A stretch of DNA of 64,000 nucleotides from Marsupella aquatica (GCA_973895155.1 OZ316897.1:10997832-11061831), one strand, 5' to 3'; positions 24,801 to 38,041 are shown, counted from the first letter of the stretch. Made by a program: numbers and translations. The notes: a model not told the origin generated them from the letters alone.

Positions 24801-26179
24801 AATAGAAGTGGGTCAAACCTCATCTCATGCCCCATGGGAAGAAACTTTGTATGCCCAATATAAACAATCTTTCTAATCCATAAACAATATGTGGCCATGT
24901 CCTCTAAGCTTGGGCCACAAGTAGAGCAAGCTTTGTACCCCTGAGTTTGCAATCCAGAGACAAAACCAAACCCTGCTTACATAGAAGAAATCAAACCATG
25001 CAAACTTTATGTTAGGGTTGTCACATGAGAAACATCAATAGGAACTACACATTATTGAAGGGTTGCAAATGGCATGGAAGTCATCTTACCAGGATAGTCA
25101 TGCATTGTCCAACAAATGATCCCTCTCAATTGAAAGACACGTGGAAAACCTCCTGTAATTTTCCTGCCATCATATGCCCACACTCCATTCCATAATTTTT
25201 GAAGTTCTCCAACCAATAGTGCCAAGTAAGTGTCAAAGTTCTTCACCTTTTTTGGACCTGGGATAATCAAAGACAATAAAAGGAACCCCTTCTTCATGGA
25301 TAGCCATGGTGGGAGGTTATAATTCATGACAACCATAGGCCAAACTGATGTAGGTTGCCCCTTTCCTCCAAGTGAATGAGGGCTAACTCCATCAGATGCC
25401 AATCCTAGCCTCACATGGCGAGGATCATGTGCAAAGTCTGGGCATGTTGCCTCAATATGTTTGTGAGCAGGGGAGTCAACTGGCAACCGCATGACACCAG
25501 ATTCTGATCGATGAGTCTTATGCCATACCATCAACTCTGCCAAGTCAGAACACCGATACATGTGCAACAACCGAGGAATGATGGGAAACCAACGAACAGC
25601 CTTCCTTGGCACCTTCTTTGTTAGCATGTTGGGGTCATAGCGAGGCTCATCACATGTTGTACATTGTGTCATGTTTGCATTGGCCCCATGAAATAACATG
25701 CAATCATTCACACATGCATGAACAATATGATATTCCATGCCAATAGATGAGAGAACACTCTATGCCTCCTTCCAAGTTGCTGGCAACACATTCTCAGTGG
25801 GCAACATAAGGTCATGGCAAAGTGCAAACATATCAAATAACAAGGCATTGCTTGCCTTGTGTTTGGCCTGTAGGTTCATCAACCCCAAGATGGCTGAAAG
25901 CGACTCAAACGAGCACCCTCATAGATAGGTGTTTGGGCATGTTCCTCTGCTTCTTCCCATTGGCGTTGTCCCTCAGGGGTATATCTTGGGCGTGGATCAT
26001 TGGGGGGCACCTGCCCTTCATTGGGAAGGTCATCACCAACACAGTGACGGACCAAACGAGAAGTGTGACCACACTTCTCATTTTGCCCGCGGCGAAAAAA
26101 ATTTCTAAGGCAAAAAAGTCTTGGATACGGAATTAGTATTCCCTCTAAAAACTAGTTTTTCAAATTTAAAAAATGGGAA

Positions 26180-27470
26180 AAATCAACACGAATACAAAGA
26201 TGGGATACGGCGTATCCCATTTCGGATCCAACCGCGGAATTCCAAAAAAAATTAAAACAAACGCAGTAAAAGTGCCGATATTGGTTTACCCGTCAAGAAT
26301 ATTCCCAAACGATTCTTCTCAACAGTAACATTTAACCGACTGCGATGCAACTGCAGTCAAATACTAACCACGGTCAGAGAGAAAACTATAAATAAGAGAT
26401 CACCGCTTGAGAATTTTCCGCTCATTTTTTCTCGCTCTGTATCCTCTTACTCTCGACGAATGCACACCGTCTATACAAACCTGTATTCCCTGAAAATCAG
26501 ATTTGACTAACAAGTAAGAATCTTCATGGAAATGGCTGTATCCCATTTGGGATTCAACCTTCAAATGTTGAGTTTTTGTTTCACTTTAGCTAAAAAAGAA
26601 GGTTGGATGCGAAGTGGGATACGGGGTATCCCATATCGCATCCAACCTCCGAATATGAAGTATCTTAGACTCCAAATGTCAAAACCTCAACGTTGAATGC
26701 AAAATGGGATACGGCGTATCCTGTTTGGGATTCAATCTTCAAAAATCCAGTTTGGGTATCATAAACGTGAAAAAATGAGGTTGGATGCGAAGTGGGATAC
26801 GGGGTATCCCACCACTTTGCATTCAACCTCTGAATATGAAGCATTTAGGTGCAAAATGCAAGATTGACTAAGATATGATCAGATTAAGTTGTGGGGTGAA
26901 ATTTATAAAATTACCAAAACTTAAGTTTGTACTCTCTCACGCTTTGGAAGCCATATCTTTATCGGTATTCATCCAAATTCCTTATAATTGATACCGTTAG
27001 AAAGAAGAGCTTGAGACTTTTCGGCCGCTTTACTCGGCGCTGCAATAATAGAAAAAGAATAAAATCTGAGATCAAGCAAAATCTTGCAAAAAAATCAGAT
27101 TGTATTTGTAAAAAGATCACAAATGATCAAAACTTCAAGAGGAATACCAAGTGGGATACCAAGTATCCCATTAGTATTCAAACATGTTATTTCACAAATC
27201 TAGAAAGGAAAAAGTCATAAAACCTTGTATGAATACCAAGTGGGATCCATGGATCCCACATTTGGTATAAGAACATGTTGTTTTATCCCATTTGGTATAA
27301 GAACATGTTATTTTACAAATCAAGAACTTTACAAAGTGTGATAATAATTTTACAAAGACCAAATGAAATCCAATTTTGTATTCAAATGTGAAAATGGATG
27401 AGTAACTTGTGACCGAGGGCCAATCCGGGACTTTGAATCTGAGGTGGGATCCACAAACCCACTTGGTATT
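26180..27470. repeat. Left subterminal palindromic repeats of the TIR element
   Basis: Multiple (T)GGGATAC-x-GTATCCC(A) and GGGATCCATGGATCCC motifs, irregularly spaced. Confidence 0.8.
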
Positions 27471-29096
27471 TGCCTCCATTTTTAGGTAGGTCTGTTGATT
27501 GGTCTGTTAAACGCCAACTTCGACCTTGCGATTAATGGCCGTTTAACTACCTTCTCCTCAGTAATCTCGTTTAAACAATTAACCGACCTTCGAGAGGCGG
27601 CACTCCTTCTATCTCGACATAGTCCCCGTAAGTGAATCCGACCAAGTGCTCTTGAATGTCGAGTTCCGTCTTCCACTTCTTAGGTACTTCAGCCTCGACC
27701 AACACTAACCCCTCTCTATACACAATCTCAATGAACCCACACCACTCCCGGTAAGTGATCAAGCAAATCAGAATGTTCTCATATAGTGACTGACGGGAAA
27801 TAAGATGGGTGCCGATAGAACAGATCCATAGTTCCAGTGATCTTAAGGTAATCAAGGAGCAAGACTTGTCGTCACTGCTGTCTGCGTTCATGGTTTTTAG
27901 TAGCCGTGACCTGATTAAGTTCGGCTGTCCTTTGAATCAGCCTGCCTGGCAATTGATTTCCGGATTGTGTGAGTGACTATGACAGGGTTACCCTAAGCAA
28001 GTACCCCAGTATCACATTTACCCTTGTATGATGGAGGTGTATGACGACCAGTGTATCGCCTTCAAAACACACTATCTCCAACCAGACACCGCTTCTCACT
28101 AGCTGTCTGTTCAACCTATACCTTGAGGCGTTGGCTCGTAAGGTTCTGGTTCGCAATGAGACGATATTCATTCATTGTTGCGATTAACGAGTGACGACTT
28201 GCTGCATAAGGCAAATTCCTTCTCTCTCTCTCTCTCTCTGATTCGACGTTCTCATTCACTGCTCAAGTGCGGACTTCACTCTGTTGCATTCATTCCAAAC
28301 TCTCTCTTTATACTCAAAGACTACTCAACTGAGTAGGGACACTATTACAAAATTGCTGGCATTCCTAAGGTGAGCGGAGCCCTACCTTGCCCCAGACTTC
28401 TAGCAAAAAGTGACAGAGCGCCTAGCGCTCCACAGCCTCTAAATACCTATGCCTCGCGTCCGTCTTTGCCCGAGGCCTCTACTACTTCTTGGGGTGCGCC
28501 GATTACAGTTTGGACGACTCGCGCCCCCTCTTTGATCTCCTTGGCTCATTCATCAAGAACGCTAACTAATGCCTACCAGAACGATGAGTGGAAGCCAAGA
28601 ACTGCTGATTACTATGTCAAGAAGTTCTGTCTTCCTGGTTACTGAACTGTGCAACGGCCTCCTCGATTCCCTTCGGTTGCGCCTGATCCGGAAGCTTTCG
28701 GACTTCCGATTGTTAATCTTGCCATATGTACCTCGACCTCCTGACTTCTGTCATCTTCCTTGGGGTTGCTCGGTTCGCCGGCCACGATTACTTGTTCGGC
28801 GGTGATTAATCGCCACGTAATCCGCTGATCGTGGCTATTCTCCCCTCAGGGGTCTCACTATATGGGGACCTCCCTATCGCCTGCGACGTTTTTAGGCCTC
28901 GGACCCCCTAAAATGTAAGAAAAATAAATTATTTTTTAACCCCTATAAAGTTGGAATATTCTTGGAATATTCTAAAAATTGGATTAAAAAGACCCTAATG
29001 TTCTTATAAGTCTCAAAATTGAATTTAAAAGACCCTATTGTTCTTCTACAAAAATTCTTAAGTCTTCCCTTAAAACCAATAAAATGACCCTATCCT

Positions 29097-29549
29097 TCAT
29101 CGCACGTGATATGCCATTTTTGTGGAAGTGAAACCCCCAAGATTCTCCCGTCTTAGCAGCAGATTCCATTTCTTCCGCATGACCTTTCTACAGAGTTCTT
29201 CGATGGCCTCGCCGGTGGTGAATCGTTGGCGGAACTCTTCGCCCTTCATTCCGAACAATTGTTGCCCCGCCGCATCCCATACACGACAGCTTCCTTCTTT
29301 GATCCGAATAGTGAACATGAACATAGGCACTCCTTCGCCTAGCGACTTACACTCATGAGCTAACCGATTCCTGCTAACGGGGGTTCCTATATTCGCCCCC
29401 CCTTGCCTTCTCTGTCGAGCTCTTGTGCCTAAGGCACATACTCTACCATCTGCTAGTAGGCCATCGCAGCCTTCATAGTAGAACTCGACTCCTACACGAC
29501 CGTTAATCGAGATGATCGTTGCCTCCCCTACTTCCAGCCTTTCTGTCAT
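29097..29549 (-). CDS. RPA1/RPA70 C-terminal OB-fold-like protein
   Basis: 'EATIISI..FYYEGC..MFMFTIRIKEGSCRVWDAAGQQLFGMKGEEF..KKWNLLLR' follows the RPA70 DBD-C pattern (ATI..Y.aC..Y.l.i.D....F...ae.llG.sa.e). Confidence 0.55.
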   Translation of the reverse strand: MTERLEVGEATIISINGRVGVEFYYEGCDGLLADGRVCALGTRARQRRQGGANIGTPVSRNRLAHECKSLGEGVPMFMFTIRIKEGSCRVWDAAGQQLFGMKGEEFRQRFTTGEAIEELCRKVMRKKWNLLLRRENLGGFTSTKMAYHVR

Positions 29550-29751
29550 CTCAACAAAATGAATAACCGCTGGTCCTTGCTTACTACTTCCTAAATACTC
29601 TTGGTTGACCTCTAGTTGACACTTCTAAACCTAAAAAAACTATAATATCGCCGGTGTAATTTTTATCGTTTACATTCTCCTTTGCTTACCTACGGATTCG
29701 TCCTCGATATCCGTTATGCTTGGTATATGTTGGGGACAAGTAGTCACCGGT

Positions 29752-32472
29752 CTACTTCACTCCTCTACCCTTGCTAACATTGGTCGTCCTGGTTGGAGTT
29801 ATCGGAACTCTACTCTGTGCCTTCAGCTTCCTCACTTCAGATTTTAAATCCAAAATTGATCGTTCCTTATCTTCCAGTTCTTGCGAAAGCTGATCATTCT
29901 CTGTCCTCAACTGCTCGAGTTCCTTGGTCTGTTCAGTGATACTCTCCTCTCCAGTGCCCTGTAGCTTCACAGCGGCTTCTAACTCAGCAATTTTCCGCTT
30001 ATAGTTGTCTTCTGTGATTCTCCAACTCTCCGATACTTCATAGTGTTTTCGTTCGAGCTTCCCCAGTTGCTCCTCCAGTAGGGCTTGTTTGTTCAGATCC
30101 TCCGTGGGGTCCCCTTTGACTACGGTGGTTTGCTGGAGTTGGGTTTCCAGACCCTGGAGCTTTTTCTTCAATTCCTCCACCCTCTAGCGTTCCACTGCCC
30201 ATTCACCGGCTGTTATGCGTTGCTTTGCTGCTTCCTCCTTGAGTTGCGATTGCAATTCTTCTATTTCCTTGAGTTTCTCGTTATCCTCCCTTAGCTGTGA
30301 ATTGATCCTTTGGCTATCTGATTTGACTGTGGCTATGGCTGCTCCGATGGCCGTGACAACCTCCTGGTAATTTGTCGTTAGTCCCCCTGGACGTAACCCT
30401 TCTATTCCTAGGTAATCAGCCAATTCCTGCGTGGCTGCCTCCTCATGCCTCCAGCCTCTTCCTATGGTTGTCAGTCGATCCTTATCTTCTATTAGCTCTT
30501 TGTTACGATTTAGTAACTCCTTGATGGTCTCCTCGGCCTCCACTGCCCATTTATCTGCCTCCTCCTTCCCGGCTAAGTCCTCGGCGATTTCTTCTTCTCG
30601 CTTGTTCCCCTCCAAGTGTACTAGCGAACTCATTATTCCCTGATAAATGGCTAATTGACTGGCGATTTGTCCGATCATGACTGTAAAGATGCTATCTTTT
30701 TGCACTGTGCTGATCTGCTCTTTCAATACTTCGATCCCCAGCTTCTCCCGTAATTGTTGTTCATCACCTTCTTTTACGGTTGAGAGGGCATACTTGAGGT
30801 TGTCGTCATCAATGGGCACTGTCCTATAAGCCTTGGTTTCTGCTCGCATTTTGTCTTCCTCCGTTGGTTCCTAACCTTCTGATTCTGACTCCTTCTTGGT
30901 CGGTGTTGGATTGGTTTCTTTCCTCCTGGTGGTGCGCACTGGTGATGCGTCCCCTTCTTGCTCTTTGTTGGCTGCTTCCTCTTCTGGCAGGGTGCCCTTC
31001 TGCTTCTTGGCTCCCTCACTCCTCGTTGGTTGGTAAATGGTAGCTGCTGATTCCATTTTTCCCCCGTCTTCCCCTGTAAGCTGACTCTCGATTAACACTT
31101 GGAGATGCGACTCGATCTCTACTGACAGGTTGCTTTTACTGCTGATTAATCGTTTAGCTCGCTTGATGGCTGCATGGAACCCTTCGTGGAAAAAGGCTGC
31201 CCAATCCTTTTGCTTCCCGTCTCCCTCCTCTACAATTTTAATCATAAATCGAGGATATTCTGATCTGGGCCTCTTCCAATGTAATGCATGGGTTACAAAT
31301 TCGAGCCTTTCCTTGATTTTCTCATTCGTGCAATGCTTGGTCGGATAGCCCCTGTTGTCGTCTACGTCCTTGTGTTGTGGAAATGTGGCAGGTTGCCAAG
31401 TTTTCCCCATCCGTTTCTTGATCTCCGCTCCTTGCTTTGGCAGTTTGAAAAGCTCCTGAAGCTTCCGAGGATTCGTTTTAATGACTTGGCCCCTACATAT
31501 TCCCTGATTTTCGGTGGGTTTCCAAGTGGTGATGAACTTGCTGTAGTCCTCTGCTTGTAGCTTCGTGGTTTGATTCCACTTTAATTTCACAAATTTCTCC
31601 AATCCTTGTGTCTGTAGAAAGTTCCTGTGTGCTTGTCCGCGCATAGTTTGCAATATCTGTGGCTCCATTCTCTCAAATTTCAAAACATGACTTGTTTCCC
31701 CTGGACTCGCCTTTGCGGCGCGTGTCGCCTTCCCGGTCCTACTTTTTGCTTCTTCTGCTGGTTCTTCCTCTTCTTCACTGTCGGATTCTTCCGATTCTTC
31801 CTCCTTGTATTCGACTATTTTGCTCTTTCCCCTTACGGATCGCACCTCCCTCATCGTTGGCGGCTCAAGTTTAATCGTTTTGGCTGTCCCCTTGCGGTTC
31901 CTCTTGGTCCTAGAGGGAGTCGTTTCCTCAATTATCGCTGTGGTGACCGCCGTGATTGCTTCCGTGGGATCCTGGTTGGCTAACAATTCTGCCATGGTCA
32001 GCTTCCGTCTCCCTTCTCGTTGAAGTTCGTTCAGATGGTTTCCCTGTTGTTCTTCTGTCTACTCAGCCGCTTGCTCCGTTGGTGCCTCGATTACTGATTC
32101 GGTTTGTGTCTCTAGGGTTGGCTCCTTGGCGGGCCCCTGCCCTTCCCTTTTGGCTGTAGTTTCCGAGAGATGGTCAGCCGCTGAAGGTCCCTGACTCACG
32201 ATCTCTTGATCATCTTCGGGGTTGCTCCTTTCCCTTTCCGCTGACTCGGAAACTTCCAGCTCCATGCCTTTTGCTGTTGTCGGCCCTTCTCCCTCTGTGT
32301 GCGTGGGGGTGGGTGTCTCCTCCATCGCCGGGGTTTCGAGTAGTTCGCTGATAGTAACGCGCTTCCTTGGTTTATCGTCCTCAAACTCGTTTGATCGTTT
32401 CAACTTCAAAGTCTTCATGCCCACCGGTAATGTGTAATGCCTATTACCGACCCTCGACCATTCGAATTTCAC
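29752..32472 (-). pseudogene. Gypsy-B accessory protein (same central domain + coiled coil), disrupted
   Basis: ORFs 32472-32059, 31995-30871, 30849-30184, 30180-29752. 'FLQTQGLEKFVKLKW..KFITTW..RGQVIKTNPRKLQELFKLP..ERLEF..ALH..DWAAFF..IESHL' aligns by eye with 4128-6518. Confidence 0.7.
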
Positions 32473-32665
32473 CTCGCGCTGATAGCCACTCCACTCAGGG
32501 TTCTCTCGTAATCTCCTTGCCAGTCAGAAATAGGGTTTTTGGTTTAACAGTTCTTTTGCGGCTGATGGTGCTTGCCCTTTGGATTCTAGTGTATCCTGAA
32601 CTTCTAGTATAACATGTAATTTTCCGTGGAGTAGTCCTCAATACAGGGTATCGAGTTGGGTCCTA

Positions 32666-35600
32666 TCAAAATCTGATCTGCAATCCATGTGGAAAGGGTC
32701 CGTGTGTACATCCTACGATTACTACTCTATAAGGAAACCTTCTCCTCCTCTCTTCCTGGCCTTTGGGTAATTTGTGCTTCCAATCGTGGATCTGAAAGAT
32801 TTCAGATAGGTCCTCCTCCGCTAGAACCACTAACTTGATTTGACCTGATTCTGTTGGTTCGTTTGATGGAATGGTTCCGTTCACGTAATCCTCTAACGGG
32901 TACCCCTTGATTGTTAGTTCTCGTCCTTGTTCATTTGTGCTTTCTTCTCGTCGTAGTGTGTCACGTGTGGTGGTCGCGACTAGCTTCTTTGCGTGTGCTA
33001 AGGGTCGCTCCGTGTTCTTGGCGGTGAGTGCCCCTCCGGTGGCTTCCGTAGATGCTTGATCGGGGGTCACGCTGATACAGGCTACCATTCTAGTGGGTAG
33101 CTCGTACCCTTCTCCATCCGCTTGATTCTCGTTAGGTGGTGCTGTCGGCAGTTGATAGCTGTCGTCGTCCTCGTTGAGCGCTGGTACCGTATCGGAGTCA
33201 TTGCCGACTTCGCTTTCCCCTGGGTAGTCGTTAAACGTATCCTCTACTTCTCGTAAGTACACGTCATTCCTTACGTGGTACGACTTCATCTTATTCCCAT
33301 TCACCCGCTGTTGCTCGCTCCCATCCTGGCTGGTAATTTCGAAGGTTCCGTTTCCCCACGCCTTGAGGACGGTAAAGGGTCCTTCCCATTTAAGTCTCAA
33401 CTTTCCTTTTTTTATTCGTGCTCGCTTTCGGCACCACAGTACTAATTCCCCTTTCGTGAACGTGGTTACCTCCCGTTGATCGTCTATTTGTCGCTTGTGT
33501 TGTCCTTGTACATACTCTAATCGCTCTTCGGCCCTTCTTCGGGTTTCGGTAACCTCCAATAGTGCTTTTAACCGTCTAGTTAAACACGGGTTCTGATTTA
33601 TGTTGTATCTCGCTGCGATTTGCAAACTAGGTAATTTGTAGTCTGTCGGCATACGGGCCTCAACTCCAAACATTAATTGAAAAGGGGTGTGGCCCGTGGT
33701 TACCTTATATGCCGTGCGGAATGCCCATACTGCCGCCGGCAGCTGAACGTCCCAATCGTTTTGCTGTTCGTTAACCACTTTCCGTAAAATGTTGAGTAAG
33801 ACTTTGTTTGTTGACTCCGCTTGCCCGTTACACTGAGGGTAATAGGGAGTCGAAAACCAATGGCTTATATGGTAATTATCCGTCAGTTCCTGGATAACCT
33901 TGTTCAAAAAATGTGAACCTTGATCGCTCACTAGCTCACCTGGTAATCCGTATCTCGTGATGATGTTCTGGTACAAGAACTTGGCTGTTACTCGGGCAGT
34001 GTTCTCCCGACTTGCGACTGCTTCCACCCATTTTGTGGTATACTCTGTTGCTGCTAAAATATACTGGTTCTGACTATATCTGGAAGATGGAGTGATGGGT
34101 CCTATGAAATCTAGTCCCCATTTCTGAAAAATATAAGGGGCGATTATAGGCCTGAACTCCATGTTTTCCTTTATAGGTCCTGTACGCTGACACAGGTCAC
34201 ACGATTTTACAAACTCCCGAGTGTCTTTATGGACAGTTGCCCACCAACGTCCTTGCTGAAGAATCTTCCTCAGGGTGATCTCGGTGCCGAAATGTCCCCC
34301 TCCTAGTCCTTCATGTGCCGCGATTAAGGCTTCTGGCCGTTCTTCCTCCGGAACTACTCTACGTAGTATGTCATCGGGCCCCTGGTAATAAAGCACGTGG
34401 TTGATCAAGGTGTAGGGTCTTGCCTTATAGGCGTAGACCTTCCTTTCCTTACTGGACAACCCCTCGGGGAATACCGCTGTGCGTAAATACCTTTCTAATG
34501 CTGGTTCATCATCCAAGGTCACTAGATTTACAGGATGCCTTTCCTTGGCGTCTTGAAATAGCTCCATATCCGGTAATTGATCGTCTTCTTCCTTGCCTGT
34601 CTCTCCTGATTCGAGTCTACTCAAATAATCGGGTATGACATGGGTTTTCCCGGGTTTATAAATGATGGTGTAATCAAACTCAGCTAATAACAAAATCCAT
34701 CTTGCAATTCAGCCCGACAGCTGTGGTTTGTTTACTAAGTTGACCAAGGCATTATGATCTACATAGAATATGAATCGATTCCCAAGTAAATAATGCCTAA
34801 ATTTCTTTACTGCAAATATCATGGCTAATGCTTCCCTCTCAGTCGTGGTGTAGTTCCTTTCATGCACGTTTAACAGTCTACTGGCATAGTATACTGGTAA
34901 GCCGATACCTTGTTCTCCCTTCTGTGCTAACACTGCCCCCACCGCCACCAGAGAAGCATCTGTATGTAGATGGAACTCCCTCTTCCAATCTGGCTCCTTG
35001 AGTATGGGTACATGGCACAACCGGTCCTTGATTTCTTCAAACGCTTTCTGACAGTCGTCGTCCCAAGTGAACGTTTGATGGTTACCCGTTAATCGTGCCA
35101 ACGGGGCACTGATTTGGGAGTAACTCTTGATGTAACGACGATAGAAACCTCCACTTCCCAGAAACCTTCTGACTTGAGTTGCACTATTGGGAACTGGCAT
35201 CTCTTTAATGATTTTTATCTTATCTGGGTCTACTAACAAGCCCTGTTTACAAACTATGTGTCCTAATATCTTGCCCGATGGTACAAAGAAGGTGCACTTA
35301 TCAGGGTTCAGGCTGATTCCCCCTTCCCTACATCTTAAGAGGCATAATCTGAGATGACCTATATGTTGCTCTTCCTCTCCGTATATGGTGAAGTCATCTA
35401 GGAAGATTTGCATAAACTGATTCAAATACTCATGAAATAACATCATCATTAATCGTTGGAATGTACTAGGCCCATTGCATAATCCAAAGGGTAATACGAG
35501 ACACTGGAAAGCGCCCCATTCCGTAATGAAAGTGGTAAGCTCCCTTGCTTCTGTGGCTAACCGGACCTGACTGTACCCGCTGTACCCATCTAAAAATGAG

Positions 35601-36394
35601 TAAGCTGACTTTCCTACTACCACATCCAGAACTGCTTCTAGAAAGGGTACCAGAAAAGGGTCTTTTATGGTCGCTACGTTTAACTTTCTAAAATCAATGC
35701 AGACTCTTAACTTCCCATTTTTGTTAGGTACTACGACTATCAGGGATAGCCACGTATAACGCTTAACAGGTTCAATGAATTTGGCATCAAGGAGCCTTTG
35801 GATTTCTTCTTTTACCTTTTCCGCATAGTTGGGGTTCATCCTATATCATTGTGTCTGCACCGATACTGATCCTGGTACGAGTCGGATTCGATGTACGCCA
35901 ATTGACTCTGGAACTCCCTTTAACTCCGTGTAATCCCAGGCAAAAACATCTCGGAATTCGGCGAGTAGGGTAACAAGTTCCTCTTTGAGCTCAGGGGAAA
36001 GGTGTTTCCCTATCTTTACTTCTCGTGGTCGTTCAGTGTCACTCAAATCAACCTTCTGAATGTGCTCCTCTTCGGTGGCACTCCATCCCACCACCTTCTC
36101 TGCTAGATCTTGCAAGGTGGTCTGTGCTTCTTCCTCCTTTAATGAGCACTCCTGAATGCCTTGCAGGTCTATGTGTTTAAACAGATCGTTTCGTAGATCA
36201 TGATCCATTTTTTCTTTGGACATTCCTTGCATCTCGTCGAGCTTGACTATTTCCATATCTGAAATTGGGACTAAGTCTGGACGGCATTTTAAATAGGTCT
36301 CTTCTTCATCCTCATTCAACCCCTCTGCCCAGTTCAAGGTACAGACTCTGGCCATGGATGTGATTGGGGTTGTGCTGAGCAAGGAAAAATCCAA
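32666..36394 (-). pseudogene. pol: Gypsy-B pol (RT, RNase H, integrase with long acidic tail)
   Basis: 'CIDFRKLN..LDGYSGY..FLDDF', 'HTDAS..YTTTERE..VDH', 'GGHFG..CDLCQ..WGLDF..VSDQG..NGQAE'. In-frame stops at ~35846 and ~34709. Confidence 0.95.
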
Positions 36395-36419
36395 AATTGT
36401 TTTGGAGTTGAATCAACAA

Positions 36420-37290
36420 ATGAGACTCATGGATCCGTGTCGGTATGGATCCATGTCGGTATTCAAACCTCAATATTGAGGTGCAAGGTGTGGCAATGGC
36501 AAATTTTGGCGGGTGAATACCAAATGGGATCCATGGATCCGTGTTGGTATTCAAACCTCAATATCAAGGTGCAAGGTGCGGCAATTCAAGGGCAAATTTT
36601 GGCAGGCGAATACCAAATGGGATCTATGGATCCCATTTGGTATTCATCCTTGGTTTTGAGTGGGTTATTTTTTGACTTGTTCAGAAAAATGGGATACGTG
36701 GATCCCTATTGGCATTCCTTGAGTGGTCCATACAAGGGTTTTTTAAAGTGAGAGTTTGTCTTTTCAAGGAATGCTGAAATTTAAATTGTAGATTTTTGAG
36801 TAAGTCGTCACGGATCCCAGTTGGTCTTCAAACTAGAATATCAAGGTATGCAATGCGAAAAGTTCAAAATGTAGAGGTTGAATAGATCCCATCTGGTATT
36901 CATCCTCCTGTTTTCCCGATGAGTTTTTGGACTTGCAAAAAAAATGGGATCCATGGATCTCAGTTGGTATTCATGTTGAAAGATCTCCTGATGCAAAGTT
37001 GCAAGTGGAAAACATCGAGGTTGAATACGATAGTGGATACTTGGATCCCATCTCGTATTCATCATGCGTTATGGGCTAAAAAAATTCTGGACATATCGTC
37101 GGGTTAACTTAACTAACTGTGTGGATTGACTGTAGTCCGCGGTCAGTTTTTTGCAGTTTTTGGTTTTACCGCAGTTAAAAATTCAAATATTTTTAACCCA
37201 AAGTTAAATGGAAGCGTCAAGAGAATGATTTGGTGCGGTTTTCGTCCACGTTCAACGGTTGAATCCAAAGTGGGATACGTTGTATCCCAT
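36420..37290. repeat. Right subterminal palindromic repeats of the TIR element
   Basis: For example GAATACCAAATGGGATCTATGGATCCCATTTGGTATTC (~36608-36645) and many variants. Confidence 0.8.
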
Positions 37291-38041
37291 TTTCAGTTTG
37301 CCATTTTGATGGCGAAAATGAAATCTTGTGTTTTATTCATTTTGTTTGACTCTCGGATTTAGCTTTTAGAAGGATCACGTGAAAAGCATTGTTTTTCTAG
37401 GTTTTGGAATTTGCATTTTTTTTAGATGAAGTGTATCAGAATTCTGGATTGTAACAATTCTTTGTTTTTGTGTCGACAGTATCTTGATTTGAAATCTGAT
37501 GTTGGATGCGATTTTGGATTCATCCTCAAATAGCGTTTTTGATCTTAATTTTAGTGATTTTTTGCCGTTTTTCGCAAAATCAAAAACACACTTCTCGTTT
37601 GGTGGTCATACTTCTCGTTTGGTCCGTCACTGTGTTCACCAGGGTTGTCGGCACCAAACCAATCAACCATAAAGTCATCCATGGCTCTATCCTGGTCATC
37701 AGTTACTTGTTCATCCGTCCGAGGTACCTCTTCATCAGGGTTACTGCTTCCACTAGCACTTGATGAGGAGTGTGACTCTGATCCATGTCCTTCTTCTGGC
37801 ATACCCATTTCTTGATATGTTGCTCTCAATCTCCGTGGTAACATATTTGGAGAGGGTCGCACATTCTAAAAACAAAGCAAACAATTGAAAGTTATATTGC
37901 AAGGAGAACACACACAAAAATGGGCTAGGGGTGTGCAAAAATGAAATAATATTGGTTGTGGTGCAAATACAAAATGTGGCCAAAGGCCATATGTAGTGTC
38001 CTTTGATATGCAACATACCACCTATGACCCTTAACTTAACC

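Larger units (their letters stand above)
27480..36394 (-). mobile_element. Ty3/Gypsy retrotransposon B fragment (gag/PR missing, LTR ends unresolved)
   Basis: RT-RH-IN ORFs followed by accessory ORFs. Possible LTR from ~28860 to ~27480, with minus-strand TATAAA at ~28310 and a (GA)n tract. Boundaries approximate. Confidence 0.8.
26038..37636. mobile_element. TIR element with 4-bp TSD, superfamily unassigned, containing Gypsy-B
   Basis: 35-bp TIR AACACAGTGACGGACCAAACGAGAAGT(G/A)TGACCAC (1 mismatch). TSD CACC at 26034-26037 and 37637-37640. Removing it restores the transposase frame GADNPG|DDLP. Confidence 0.9.
22773..37865 (-). pseudogene. CACTA-1 TnpD-type transposase body (Transposase_21/DUF4218/DUF4216-like), spliced and split by an insertion
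   Basis: 'HACVNDCMLF..RHVRLGLASDG..YNLPPW..WTMHDYPG', 'LDPMHIEGNV..LKTHDYH..HLLVHL..RWMYWLER', 'HYGKIEEI..FKCKWF'. Exons approximately 37865-37637/26037-25090, 24972-23511 and 23262-22773. Confidence 0.92.

Noticed and set aside
27505-32549. TGTTAAAC...GTTTAACA as the ends of a 5-kb LTR for Gypsy-B
   Set aside because: No convincing PPT next to 32549 and no TSD. An alternative LTR start near 28860 fits at least as well, so this is left unresolved.
36420-37290. Palindromic repeats with spacers resembling a CRISPR array (also 26180-27470)
   Set aside because: Irregular spacing, degenerate units, symmetric position at both ends of a TIR element, no cas genes, eukaryotic context.
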